A DNA stretch of 62,194 bases, filler included, from Collodictyon triciliatum (GCA_043381765.1; 6 parts of 6 records of this genome joined end to end with filler, not necessarily neighbours in it), one strand, 5' to 3'; shown: positions 45,501 to 60,300, counted from the whole stretch's first letter. The notes: generated from the sequence alone by a model not told the origin. Made by a program: numbers and translations.

Positions 45501-47909
45501 ATTTAGTTTATTTCTAAAAAGATGAATTTCTTTCACAGTTTTAATCCACCGAAAGTTTGGCACAGAACCTGAAAATTACAACATTACCATACATGTATCC
45601 AAATGAATAAATTGGTAAATGAAACTGACCAATCAACTCATTACTGAAGAAGTAAATTCCTCGGATACTGGGTATTCTTCTAAAGTCTGGTATCGTTCCT
45701 ATATTCGATGTTATATGAATGGGCTCTCTCTTTTTCTATAAAAGTGTTTCTGCTATAGAATTGAACTGACCATTCAACTTATTGCTAAATATTCTTATAT
45801 ACTCTACTTTTGGCATCCCATCAAAGTCAGGTATGGTCCCTGTTAACTTGGAATTAGTAGATATTATTTTTTTAGGAAAAATTTCCTGCATCAACATACC
45901 ACTCAATTGATTGTTGAATAGGTACAACTCCTTGACGTTTGGAATTTTGCTAAAGTTTGGTATTGTCCCTACGTTTTTATTATTTTTTTCAGCACTCAAG
46001 ACTAATTTCATGAGAATTTTTTAATTTGTCTTACCACTAAATTGATTACTAAAAAGTCGAATGACTTCTACTTTTGAAATTTCGCTAAAGTCTGGGATTG
46101 ATTCTGCATTTATTATTTCAGTGAAAGTCCAAATTGCATTTTTTTTCACAAACTTAGATTAATCTCACCCTCAAGTAGATTTCCCGATATTACCATCCAC
46201 TTTAAATTTGCGATGTTGATAAAGTCTGGTATCTCTCCTATTGTTATTTAAAAATCAGCACTTATTTTGCTCACAATAAAAAAAATCAAGTACATACCAC
46301 TTAGTTGATTGCTGTACAAGAAAATATATTGAACGTTTGGAATTCTGCTAAAGTTAGTGACGGTTCCTAAAAAAAATTATGAGATCGAATTCATAAAATG
46401 CGTATGCATTTATTATTACCTGTTAATTTATTGTTTGAAAGGTTAATGCGATTAAGATTTTGAATTCTATTAAAATCCGGTATGGAGCCTGTGAACATTA
46501 TTATAATTAGGAATACGCTCAATTTTCATTAATCTAGAAAGAACAAATTATCTGACATAATTTACTCACCACTGAGTTGGTTATCGCTCAAATTTATCAC
46601 ATTAATATTTGGAATATTGCTGAAATTGATAACGGTCCCTGAAAGACAAATGATTTTTTTTTGTTAGCATGCATGAAAAATTTTGAAAAAAAAAACACAT
46701 ACCGTTGATTTTAGAACCGTATATTGCAAGAAGTTGTAGATTTGACAGCCTAGAAAAATCAGGAAGGGTTCCTGGTTTCATTTTTAGTAAGGTATGCTGT
46801 TTTTTAATCAAACGAGTATTTTTTTTTGACAATTTAATCCTTAACACACCGATTGAAAAGTAAACATACCAATGATTTTTTCACTCCCTCCAATCCACAA
46901 CACTTTAAGAAATGCAAGACCTGAGAAGTCGGGAATGGTCCCTTCCATATTGTTTCCATCAATTTCCAAATAGTAAATGGATGGAATGTGCTTAAAGTCT
47001 GGAATTTTTCCTGTTATTTTGTTCTTGTAAACACTAAATAATAGCAAGTTTGGAAGTTTGAAGTCGTAAAGTCCCCCGTAAATTGAATTGTAACTCATGT
47101 CCAAGGATATAATATACTTAAGCTGTTCAATATATGAGAACGCTACTTCGATGTTTCCAAAAAGATTGTTTTTTACCATTTCCAATCCAGTAATCGGGCA
47201 TAAATTGGCCTATTAATATAATTAACATAAATTTGATATTAGAAAAATAGAAATGTATCCTACCTTGTAATCATCTTCTAAGCAGCTATCATAGCAGCTG
47301 ATTCCATACCATTCGCATATCGGAATGCTGTAATTTTTCCATCCATAAGAATTAAACCAATAATCACCGTCGAGTAAATCATAAACTGCGACAAGAGCAT
47401 CGTATTGACCAGAGAAAATAGATGTAGGTGTTGTTTGATCTAGGGAACCTAATTTTTTTTCAACTGATTCATCTCTGACATCATATTTCGGGTCCCTTTC
47501 AAGTCTTATATGTGTTTCAAACGAAAAATTTGCATTTGAGTTAATTTGGTCGACGCTTTCGGCAATCAGTTCAGAATCACTGAGGTATTTTCTGTCCGCT
47601 CTTGGGACTCGATGATCTTGAAAACTAAGACTTGGATCAAGGCACACTTCTTCGTAGAGATTCATCAGTATTTGAAAAGAGTCTTCAATTCTCATCGTCA
47701 AAAGTTCATCTTTTGAATAGCTCAAACAAATCCTGTTTTTTTATTTTAAAAATGTAAAAAACAATAATAAAAAACATCAAATTTGTGATTTTCAATGCAG
47801 AAAATTTTTCTGATGGTTTAAACCTCTCTGATGATTGAGCGAAGGAGAAGAGAGAAATTAAAACAAGTGCGGAGCCAATTGTGTTCTTGAAATTTAGCCT
47901 TATATGCAA
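42546..47909 (-). CDS. LRR / Cys-rich / multi-pass transmembrane receptor-like protein (start approximate; internal 392-N gap)
   Basis: Hydrophobic leader, LRR N-cap (ALVAVY...W...GW...ICEWYGISC), >20 LRRs of GxIPxF...LxxNxLxG type, Cys-rich region (CKCLPGY..CIQCP..CIEGYEGHACSKCVDGY..CVKC), then several TM helices with YGFLYLPYK and RPYNSKIENQME motifs; stop at 42546. Confidence 0.88.
45372..46771 (-). repeat. Array of eleven 69-nt single-LRR exons (all phase 1-1)
   Basis: Exons 46703-46771, 46570-46638, 46420-46488, 46298-46366, 46169-46237, 46035-46103, 45900-45968, 45771-45839, 45630-45698, 45500-45568, 45372-45440. Each is bounded by AG and GT; introns between them are 53-81 nt. Confidence 0.92.
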
Positions 47910-50900
47910 AATATCGATTCAGTATAAATGATAAATTAATCATACTACAATCCTGTTCGTTATAAAATGAAAATATGACAGCATCAAATCGTGATAATTA
48001 TTTATACTATATTGATATTGGTTTTATTCTTATGTTCATTTTTCTTTAGAGCATGCTTTTGCATTTTATATCAAATTTTAATCAAACGGACTATGGTCAA
48101 TAATAAAGCAATCAAATGCAAACTTTATCATGCAGCCTCTCATCTTTTTCAATTTCAGAGTCAGTGGGTCGAGATAAAGAGTAATAACAATCACCCTCGT
48201 CTGATTGGGATGCTGATTTATTTCTTTTCCTAATTTTTGTGGATTAAGATGAAAATGATAGTTGAAACCATCCATATTAAAAACTGTATGAAGCTAAAAA
48301 ATTGAGGCAAATAAAAAATTCAAATACTGATCCAATTTAATGAAAAAATTATCGTTTTCAACTTTAAATAATTAGCTCTTGAATATTTTAATCATTATTT
48401 ACATATTTTGTAATCAATTAGTAATAAAAGCTTTAATATTTTAGAAATTTATATTTAATTTCAATTCTGTAATACAGCATGGAGAATTTTCATCAGAATT
48501 ATTGTTATTTTAAATATGGAATTATATTGGAATTAAGGTAATTTTAATATGTTTTTGGTCTTAAAGGTGATTGATAATCATCTGAATTATTGATTCAATA
48601 TATTTATGAACAAAAAAAGTTCTACTGATGGTATCGCTTTGATTAACTCACATGATAAAAAGTTTATATGATAAATTTATTTTAGGAGAAATCATCTCAA
48701 TAGAATAGAAACGTTCAAAGAGTTACATATATGTTTGGGTTTTTATACACTTCATATTGGCTTGATTAACTACTTTGGAGAAAATGGACGCACATCATTA
48801 AAAATTTTGATAATAATTTTACGTTCTATTCTTCAATTAAACTATAAAAAATTATTGAAAATAACTGATACAAATATAATCATCAATATTAGTTAAAGAA
48901 ATCGTATCAGTTGGTCTTGCTTTAATGAATAGTTGATTGTCAGGGTTTTCAATAGGCTTTTTCAATATTGACTTGTTATTGAGACATGCATTTATCATAT
49001 TTAATATATTAAAGTAATACAGAGATATGGTGATCAATTATATATGGTTTTTGAGGTACATTTTTTTCTGTTAATTTGCCGAATCCTTGATTTTATAAAA
49101 AAAAAAAAAGAAAAGTGAACTTCAGTTATTCAAAAACTATTCCCATAGGACTTTATTATCACACAAAATTAAGAATATTATCCAAGGATTTAAAAAGTAG
49201 ATAAACTCAATATTTCGGTACCATTATATTTAGATTAAGGTAATTTTCCTATATGCAATTTAGTAATTGTTTATTTTATAGCTCATTGCATGGCATTGAA
49301 TATTGTGAGGTTGATGTATTATCATAAAAAAATTTGTTCGTGAGGAAAATGAGTGAAGTGCCTTTATATTCAAACATAAGAGGAACGATAGAAATCGATA
49401 TTTATTTATCTATGATGGAAATATTCCTCCATAATTTTATACAAATACATTGCGTATAAATTTCATATACAGTCATAATTATAGAATTTTTTGTGTGATT
49501 GCAAACATAAATATTGATATATCTAAAATAAAAATATTATATTTGATTTTAATTAATCAAAATTTTTTACTTAATTATTTTTACTATTCTGATATTTTTG
49601 AATTAAATCGTTTAACCGACGAAAATCTATTTGCCTTTTTTATATTGGCAAAGCATTTTCTTCTGATAGTTATTTATTTTAAAAGGTAGTTTGAGTGTTT
49701 GCCTGGTCATTTAACCTGCTCTTATTTATCAAATAGCTGATAACGGCTTGAATTTTGTACGATATATTTCATAAGTAAAAACCCCATTTTTTTTCATTTT
49801 TGATGACCCTCAAATCTTAAAGAAAATTGCGACCCCGTTACCAAAAGGCTTTCTTGCACCTCTGATGCTGCAGGTAGAATGTTCATTTCCTTAAAAATAA
49901 AAAGCTCTTTTATAAAAAAAAAATTAATAACAATAATAATAACACAGTTTCATATTGATAGGAAACTTCCAACAATTTTTATCGAATTCTATGAGCCAAT
50001 CATTTTACTTACGAAAAGGGGTAATTCAATATCACATAAATAAACCAATATGATAAAAATATTGTTGGCACGGGCGCCAACAGCTAAGTCTGTCGTGTAT
50101 AAAAAAAATAAACCAATATGATCTCTATGAGGCCGCCTCGAATACGCACAAGAAACCTCCCTTATAAGAAAACTATCGTTATTCTATGAATAAAAAACTG
50201 TATGTGCCATCCTTTAATTTTTAATTGCTGCACGATGACGATTTTCAGAACCTCATAATAGACTCTTAAAAAAATAAACGAAGAGCATGTAGGATATTGA
50301 AAGGGTTTCTGGGTAAGCTTGAAGAGGGTAAAATAGATCTGATAGTTTCGTTTAGACCACTTAAAGGGGATCAAAGATAGTCTCGTTTCCACTCTTCTGC
50401 GCTTGTAAACCTTCATTCCAACTCCAAAACGATTATAAAAAAATAATTGATCAAGCAATGAGAGAAATGCAAATGTTTGACTTCACCCATCCCTGAAGAG
50501 TGTTTATAACCGGCTTCCAGTGGATTATTGAAGTTTCTGAGCGCTCGACCAGACATAGTACCTTGCTCAATATTTGGAGTCCCTCTTTCGAGAGCGTTGT
50601 TGGGACGGGTGCTGAGCTTTTTTACTTGGAACTTCAGGAGACTGTGTTGATCGCTGCTCCTTCGCGGACATAGTCCGATTTAGTTGGCCATCCAATCTCC
50701 GAATCAACATAATTTTGCTTTCGTTTATCACTCCTCCCTTTGTCAAAATATACTCCACCGCCTTTGACACCAAAATCGAGGGCCTTGTTTGATGAAAGGT
50801 CTTCAGGCACACCAATCCACAAATCAAAGAGCGCCCAAGAGCAGAACCTGCACGGAACCGGCTGCTGCATCCGCCTTCAATGTAATTGCAGGCTGCCACT

Positions 50901-52321
50901 GGACTGCCATACCTGCAAACAGGCAAATGAAGAACTCGCCCAAGTCCAAATGGCCTAGCAGTGCCATGGAGAGAACGTGATTACCCAACTCTAAGGCTGA
51001 CCCCAGCGATGCATAGTAGCTCCTCTGCGTAAATAAAATCCCGAAGAACTCGCCAAGGCGGTAGATTTTAGAACACTTCGCCTTTTTTGTATTGCAAATA
51101 TCAAATAGTGACTTCTACCTTCATCTCTTGTTACACGAGACATCCCCTGGGCTTCACAAATGGCACCATCCAAGAGCCTGCAAACAATATTCTCATCGGC
51201 CACTGTTACCTTCGATGGTGATTATGAGTTCTTGAATAATAATACTTTGGTCAACTTTTGGGTATCAGAGTTCTCCAATGAAGGAGAGGGTAAAAAACCA
51301 ACTTACAAGGATAAACCTTCCCTTCATGCTCTACCTCAGGCGTAAAGAGAAAGCCAAAGGGAGATAAAGTCATAGTAAATCCCCGCTGAAAGTCCTCGTT
51401 AACCGCGCAGTCTGGTGTGGAAAGGCAAGTCCAACTCGCCCAGATACAACCGACGGGAACTGTGGAGGAAGAAGAACCAGCCCTCTCCACTCATCGCCAG
51501 CATCCGGTCAAGAGGACCTCACAAAAGGGTTCCCCAAAGAGAGTCAAGCAGCTATCGGAAAAGTTCATCATCCTTTATCAACATGTACAAACAGACGAAG
51601 AGCGTGGCTTTTGCGAAGCTGCATCAAATTCAGCAATACCTATCTGAAAATTGTAATCGAGTAACATAGACCGTAAGAACTGGCTGAAGGCAAAGCGCAA
51701 ATCATCGTGTACCGGAACAAATGCCGCTCTATCTTCATCTGTCTCCGAAACGAACCTTTTAGCCCCGTGTGCAAAACAACAACTGGAACCCGTTAGTCTG
51801 TTGGTACCCTGATATGATTGATTGGTTTTTTTTTTTTTTTTGTTGTGGTTAAGAAGAAATCCCTCGTTTTTTTTTATGTAAAGTCTTTCCTTTCTTTTTT
51901 TGCTTGAGCTATTGTTTTCTCGAAATCATGCGAAGGGTTAGGGATATCCCAAGAAAGATGGTATGATATTGAAGACGCAGATGCTGGTTTATAGAGTTGT
52001 TCTTCGAGCTTTTCGTCGCGTAAGAAATCAGGTCAATCAAAGATTAATTTTTTAATCAGTGATATTGTAGCTTTATACTTATAAGCGATCATAATATTTA
52101 TCCTAGATTTGTTTAATTGGATCATGTATGTAGTTTTTTACTTAAGACTTATAAATTCCAATATTGGATAAAGGTTGAATCTGATTCTTGTGTCCTTCGG
52201 CCTGATTGTATCAACAAGCGCCCGAAGACAACAAGAGAGTTCGCTGCTGTTGCAATCCTCCACAGCCAGCATTTGCCCAGAGCCTTAAGGATTTACTTTG
52301 CATCTTGCAGGTCAGGGCACG

Positions 52322-55300
52322 ATGGAAAAAAGATTGAGATCGACAGATATTGAGTCGAAAAACATTCCAAACTTTTTTGATAAGGGCTTTCGCATCGCCA
52401 CGTTCGAGGATAGTAGAGTGCTCGGCGTAAGTACTCTTTTCTCACCCCAAGCTTTATCTGATCACTGGCGCGGTATTCTCAACGCTTGTTGTGAATTATA
52501 TATCTTATCATTACTATTCTTTCTTCTCTCTTTTTCTTCTCTCTTTTTCTTCTCTCTTTTTCTTCTCTCTTTTTCTTCTCTCTTTTTCTCTCTCTTTTTC
52601 TCTCTCTTTTTCTCTCTCTTTTTCTCTCTCTTTTTCTCTCTCTTTTTCTCTTTCTTTTTCTCTCTCTTTTTCTCTCTCTTTTTCTCTCTCTTTTTCTCTC
52701 TCTTTTTCTCTCTCTTTTTCTCTTTTAGTTTTGTATTACTATTATTACTATTATTACTATTATTACTATTATTACTATTATTACTATTATTACTATTATT
52801 ACTATTATTACTATTATTACTATTATTACTATTATTATATCCGTATGTTCTTAAAATCACTTCGTATGCTTTATTCAGTCTCATCCCAATTCGCTTTAAT
52901 TGCAAAAGTAGCAAAAAAGTTTATTATTATAATCGGTGAATGCTATATTGACTGTCGAGTACCATCGACTGAAAATTATGATTCTTAGAATCCGCCTGAT
53001 GAAGCTATATTCCTTGGTAATTTTTTGGCTGCTTCTAAACTGCATGGCGTTGCCTTTATGTGTTCAAATGGTAAATTTTTATTCAAATTTATAGAACATC
53101 CTTTTATAAGTATTTACATATAAAATAATTGAATAGGTGTATAATTTTTGTTTTAAAATTATTAATATGTTAATAATCGAATATTGTTAAAGCCAGAGAC
53201 AAGAAAGGTGTCATCTGTATCAAGACGAGTAATATCCTCTCACAAATTGAATCTCAAAAACCGATGAATGTAAAGCCTGATGCAAGCGCCTATATTTTCG
53301 ACCAAAATCTCAAACTACGAGCGAATCACACCTCACCAGACCCAACTTTCCTGAAATGCGATACCACACCTTTAAATCTGCAGATAGACCCCTCAGATAA
53401 TTTTTTGGTCGTTCCTCAGCTAAAGGATGTATCCATCTATGATATTGGTCGTGTTATGCAAGGAAATCATACACCTATTAAGACTATCCAACTGGATTCC
53501 CCCTTGTTCTATCTCACAATTGGATTCAACGCTGTTAGAAACGAGCTCGGATTGCTATGCACCTACGAAGACAATACAAAACTCTATATAGGAGATTCAG
53601 TTTCAAGTGTTGATCTGCCTCCATTATCTTGTAATAAAACTATATTTGATTAAAATTCCAAAAATAATACAAATCAGATCATTCCCTATTACCATTAAAC
53701 TATTTTGTTTCGTTAGTTCTATCATTACCCAATGAGAAAGAAACGAATGGATGTATTTCGCCCAGAATCCTTTTTTGATTAACAATATTTATGTCTGACC
53801 AATTATTTTATAGCTCCTGCTCTTAGTGATGACTGCAAATATATCATGTATGCAGACGCAAAAGGATTCAATAAAATCAATGTTTCAACCATGAAACTGG
53901 TGAGCTATTGGATTCGATTCTAATACATTTTACATTTTGGTATAGACTCTATTGTAAAGACAATAATAATCGACAACAAATTTTGTTACACTAGGAAACC
54001 ACATACACCATAGAGCACCCTACAAGTGATTTCTCTTATATTGCTATGGAGTTTCTAAAATAAAAATATGATGCAAATTCAGATACCAAAATCTAACTGT
54101 ATCTACACTCCCGAAATTTAGAAACATATGATGAGCCTCCATCCTGCTTTGTCTCGAAAGTTTCTAAAGATACATATTTAACCTACCTTGATTTTGAAAA
54201 TGATTATAAGTACCTCCTTATTGATTTAAGCGACAGTGCTCGGGTAATCAATTATCGATTCTATTCACAGTAAAAAAAAAAATACAGACTAAGTGGTCAT
54301 GTTGCTTTTGAGTTGTATTCGCCATCTCACTAAGTATACCTTTCAAAAAAAAATTGTGTAGGAAGCCTATTGGAGGTTTGATCCACTCAATTCTCGTGAA
54401 AGAATTCCTATCGCTCACAGAATTCAAAATGGGTTAGTTTCAATTTTTATTGTTTTTCTTTTATCCAAAAAAAATCCATTTACTTATAATCTGATACATC
54501 TATATTGTTTTAATATTAGGTCATTCCTCTTGGCTGATAACTTAAGTTCTGTCATCCGCCTTTTAAGTAAATCAGCTCAAGGAGAATGGAATGTTTATGA
54601 GCTGAAAAATTTTGATGTCTGCATTGACGGTAGCTCAAAAACTTTATTGTTTCTAAAATTGAAAATTTACTTGACTTTTACTTTTACTTTTACTTTTACT
54701 TTTACTTTTACTTTTACTTTTACTTTTACTTTTACTTTTACTTTTACTTTTACTTTTACTTTTACTTTTACTTTTACTTNNNNNNNNNNNNNNNNNNNNN
54801 NNNNNNNNNNNNNNNNNNNNNNNNNNNNNNNNNNNNNNNNNNNNNNNNNNNNNNNNNNNNNNNNNNNNNNNNNNNNNNNTTTTTACTCTTTTTTTTACTC
54901 TTTTTTTTTCTCTTTTTTTTTCTCTTTTTTTTACTCTTTTTTTTTCTCTTTTTTACTCTTTTTTACTCTTTTTTACTCTTTTTTTACATTTTGGATTTAT
55001 TTTGGCGTTTTGCATAATGTTTTTGAGTATTTAGTAATTAATATATTTCTCTATCAGTTATATCAGGATTGGCTTATTTTTGTTCAACCAATGGAAAACA
55101 TGTTGCCGTAGCCACAGACTCGTCAGATTTTCTTACCGTAGTGTGCTTTTCTGGAGGATTTAATGACTTATGTAATCCTCCTCACTCTATTTTAGTAAAT
55201 CTTTTTGAATATGAATGATTCAATTTCATCTTACGGCTCCTTTACTCTGATATTTATGGATGCTTGTCATCTAATTAGAATTTTTTTTTATCTTTTGTTT

Positions 55301-56494
55301 AACAAATAGAATATGACAAACAACTTAAATAGGAAAACCTATTTGTAGTAAGTCCGCGTGTCCCCAATGTCGATGGAATGTCGAAGACACAGCCGCAAAT
55401 GCTAACAACGAATTCACTCCCGTTGCAGTCACAGTCAACACCTAAACCCATTGCGGCATCAAATGCAACACCGTCGAAATCTGTGATTTCTTTTACACCG
55501 AAATCCGTCAATATATCTCGCCCAATACCAGACGCATCGAGGTAATAGTTCATCTAATATATGTAATAGATCATGCTTAATATACCACTTTACTGAAATT
55601 CAATCAATTGAAACCATATCATCGGAACAAAGAATCAGCATTCCTGATTGGTAAGCTTTTCTATCATCGCGATTATTGAATCATGTGTAAATAGATTGAA
55701 GACATCTATTAATGTGCATATTTACTGTTCATCAGGGAGATAGGGTTTTCCAGCATCCTGACCGATTCTATCGAAAGTTACATAATAAACTTTGAAGAAT
55801 GGGCTTCACCAAATATGGAGTCACTGGTTAGAAAGGCTTCTCCTTTTCGTCTGATATATTTAAATATGTTATTATCATATTTTTGTTTGTTTATTTTTTA
55901 TGCAATATAATTTCATTACATGATAGAACGTCAGTGACATTTCAAGAATCAGCGATCAAGGTTTGGTTTACACATAACATGGAGATTTAACTATTCTTTA
56001 ATAATTAGTACAATTTTGTATATATGTTCTTCTAAAAAATAAATAGAGGGAGGAAAAGAACTGAAATCGTTGAGTAGTCAAGTCTCTCTAAAGTTTCAGG
56101 AGGCCAGCAAAGTCATCAACACCTGCAAATGTTTGTTTTTACATTCCTCTCACAAACCCAATTTTCGATTTCGGCGTCGTTTGTTAGGCTTGCTAACTAA
56201 ACTCTTTTTCTTTTTCTTTTTCTTTTTCTTTTTCTTTTTCTTTTTCTTTTTCTTTTTCTTTTCTTTTTCTTTTCTTTTTCTTTTTCTTTTCTTTTTCTTT
56301 TCTTTTTCTTTTCATACTCCAGCCATATTATCGTCAGACCAAGAATACGAGGAAACGTACGGTGTCAATTACTTTACTAGTGTCTTGATTGTATAATCCA
56401 CACTTTCTCATCCAATCAATTTATGGTATTCAACCAGGGATCATCAAATATCAGATAATTGTCGACGTCTTCTGGAAAAAGCTGATGTTTGCAA

Positions 56495-56528
<34 letters not shown>

Positions 56529-57313
56529 TGCACGTACAGTTTGCAGGGTTTTACAATTTATATCATATTGTAATATTTTATAATTGTCCAACAAATGCCT
56601 AAACCGTAATATCTGAATAGGGTTTGAAAGCAAGATATCTGAACCTCCGAAAATCGTTGTTCGAGGAATCATCCAAACCTCGAACACACATGAAGTAACA
56701 TAAACACTAATTTTCTTCTCTTAATCATTTCTTTATCACATAAATTCAAACAATTATCACTATCCAACATCTCAAGATATATTTTTAATGTATATGAAAA
56801 GGGATCAAGGCCACATTGACCTGTATCTGAGAAATAAAGAATACCCATACACTAATCGTACGTTTTTGTTTTCATTTGTACCAACAACCCAAAGAAAAGA
56901 ATGAATTCTATTATACTGTAAATTAGAATATATTAAAGATAAAAAAAAAATATAATATTAGGTCCGGATGAACCAAACGAGCAAGGTTTTTCGTTTTCAT
57001 ATTTATCTCATAGACATCATGCTTACATCGCCGATAAAATGAAGGTCATAGAGGAATATCTGCGACGCCTTCACAGCCACAAAAAACATTTAAATATTCG
57101 AAAAACATCTTCACTGTAAGAATTATAATGCCGAAATATGGATTCAGATATATTTTCTTTTATGCATTTGTGCCAGTATATTTAACGGACTCTTTACAGC
57201 CCCAGAGAAAACAAGCTGCTCTGATAAATTCGTAAGTTTGTGGATAAGACATATTCCTTTCCCATACCCCCCCCCCCCCCCCCCCCCATCTTTTTTTTTT
57301 TTTTTATTTTTTT

Positions 57314-57367
<54 letters not shown>

Positions 57368-60300
57368 NNNNNNNNNNNNNNNNNNNNNNNNNNNNNNNNN
57401 NNNNNNNNNNNNNNNNNNNNNNNNNNNNNNNNNNNNNNNNNNNNNNNNNNNNNNNNNNNNNNNNNNNCTCTTCTCTTCTCTTCTCTTCTCTTCTCTTCTC
57501 TTCTCTTCTCTTCTCTTCTCTTCTCTTCTCTTCTCTTCTCTTCTCTTCCTTTTCATGGCCAAGAACTAATTTTCCTCCTGCAATTTTAAGCATCGATGAG
57601 AGACAGGAACCAATAATGAGCTCCGAAGATTCATATGTGGAAATGAAAACTACCAGACGCAAGTCCAGAACGAAGGTATGAATATTGGACCAAAGTTCTT
57701 GAAATAACTAACCTCCAAATCTATTTAATACTATTATTTATTTATCTATTTATTTATTTTTACATTCTACTTTAAGCTTAATAAAGAAGTAGACCATCCG
57801 ATGTACCGAGGTTTGTCCAACAGTTTATCACCACTCGAAGACGTTAATTTACGAACTCTTCTTTTATTTTATTTTATTTTATTTTATTTTATTTTATTTT
57901 ATTTTATTTTATTTTATTTTATTTTATTTTATTTTATTTTATTTTATTTTATTTTATTTTATTCTTGATTATCTGCCTCATAGTCCTCCCTATACAGAAC
58001 CACAAAACAAGGAAAGATACCACACGCGGTTCTCGGAAATGGGGACCAAATGCAGTCATGTGATTGAATACGGCAATCTTACCATATCCCTTGAAGGGCT
58101 ACTGTCGCCCACAAACGAGGAAGATGAAACTCCTGGAGAATACATGGCTGTAACAAAACTTTTCATCACTATGCTGCCTCCAAAGTCAACAGATGGAGCA
58201 CAAAGAGATGATAGCACCAAAGGACAGTCTTTGGCTATCCTTGATTTTACCAGTCAGGTCAGAATAGATGATAGAGTTACCGTAGTGAGTGAACTTCGTA
58301 AAGAGGGACTCTTCAATGGACTTGCATTGGATTTCACTGACGGTCCTCACATCAAGACGCGGTCGTCTCTCCTCAGATCTCCAAGATTATTCAGTGCTCA
58401 GGGTCAACCAAACCCAGCAATATTTTCTCATCCACCACCGCCAACAGTCACGCCAAACCCGCCACCACAAGAGCAAAGCAACTCTGCCAAACAAGGAAGT
58501 GGCTTTCCTTTCTCAAGTGCTACGACTCCGTCTGCTCCTCCGAATTTATTTATGTCATCCACAAATCCTGTGCCCATCACAGCATCACAAACTCAAAAGC
58601 AGGAAGCCTCTCAATTCAACTTTTTTTCGGTCAGCGCTCCAACCGCACCTGGCTCGGCAGTAAACCCTCAGAAAACACCAGGGATTGGTTCTTTTACTGC
58701 ACCAATATTTCCAAACGCATCGGCAACCCAAACGCCGGTAGGCCAAGGACAGAGCATTGCTGGTAGTAGTAGTAGTAGTACTAATACTACTAGTAGCAGC
58801 AGCTTTACTATCCCAAAAACAGAACCTACATCTATAAAGAAAAAGGAGTCACACCCCATACTATCGTCTTCACAGACTCAGGATGAAGAAGAGGGTAAAG
58901 AAATAACATCACAATCAAACAGTAATCCTCTTGTGTCGAAATTCCCATCAATTTCCTTTTCGGCCTTGAAACAAGGTAATTCTGAGGCTGGTGTGTTGCC
59001 AACTCAATTTAACACGCTGACTTCATCAAAAGCAAACACACCGGCTGCAACAAATTCACCATTTCAAATAAGCGCATCATCTACAACAAATCCACCTGCC
59101 AAACCAAACCCACCGGCCACAACAAATTCGCCATTTCAAATAAGCGCTTCATCTACAACAAATCCACCGGCCACAACAAATTCACCATTCCAAATAAGCG
59201 CATCATCTACAACAAATCCACCTGCCAAACCAAACACACCGGCTGCAACAAATTCACCATTTCAAATAAGCGCATCGTCTACAACAAATCCACCGGCTAC
59301 AACAAATTCACCATTTCAAATAAGCGCATCGTCTACAACAAATCCACCGGCTACAACAAATTCACCATTCCAAATAAGCGCATCATCTACAACAAATCCA
59401 CCTGTCAAACCAGACACACCGGCTACAACAAATCCACCATCTCAAATAAGCGCGCCGTCTACAACCAACCTGCAGAATCCAATTGCATTCACAGCAGCAC
59501 CACAAACCAGCCTCAACCTTGGTCAAAGCAATCCCGCCAATCCTTTCCAGTTCACGCAATCAAGTACCACCCAACCTCCCAGCATGTCAGGTTTCCAGAA
59601 TAAACAAGCTTTATCCGGTTTCTTCGGGGGTGTTGCCAGCGTCTCACTTTCGGACCCAAATGCACTCACTTCAGGAACACAGACTACAAAACAACCCACC
59701 AACTCAAACTTTCTTTCATCTACGCCTGTTCTTCAGACAAACGCACAGGCTCCTGCGTTTCCGTTTGCCACACCAGCAGCTTTTGTAAACCCTGCGCCAG
59801 GTGTTAATCCCATGGCAGGCTTTGCACCTTCAGGCGCGAACGCAACCTCGAATCCTCCCTTGTTTAGCACGTCGACAACAAACTCTGCTTCAGGATTCGG
59901 TTTTACCTTCGGGAAAAGTGAGAGTGCCACAACTTTGCCGACTTTTCCATCCGCGACAACAGCTGCTCCAGGAGCAACCAATCCGATGACTGGATTTGCA
60001 GCTCCGGCAAGTACGCAATCACCTGCATCAAATATCTTTGCAGGGTTTGTCCCCGGGCAAGGTCAGATTGGCCAAAGCGGTGCCCCGCTTTCCACTTCAG
60101 CATCTGGCTTTGGTTCGATGAGTGGCTTTGGTTCAATGGGTAGCTTTGGTACGACTCCAGCACAGAATCTAGCAGGTTTGTCTTCTCTATTTGTTCTTGA
60201 CTGGAGGCCAGTCCGAAACATACAGAAAGAAATTTAATGGCTTTTCCTTCCTTTCTTTTACTTTTTTTTCTATTTAATTATGTTACTTATTGTTTGTTTC

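Noticed and set aside
45372-46771. Regular ~130-nt periodicity as a CRISPR-like array
   Set aside because: Units are diverged LRR-coding exons with GT-AG introns, not identical repeats with spacers; no cas genes.
48000-50100. Long AT-rich tract as a centromere or origin
   Set aside because: No repeats or motifs support it; consistent with ordinary upstream intergenic DNA.
59041-59469. Direct repeats as a CRISPR or ncRNA array
   Set aside because: Contiguous in-frame coding repeats with no unique spacers; much of the variation is synonymous.
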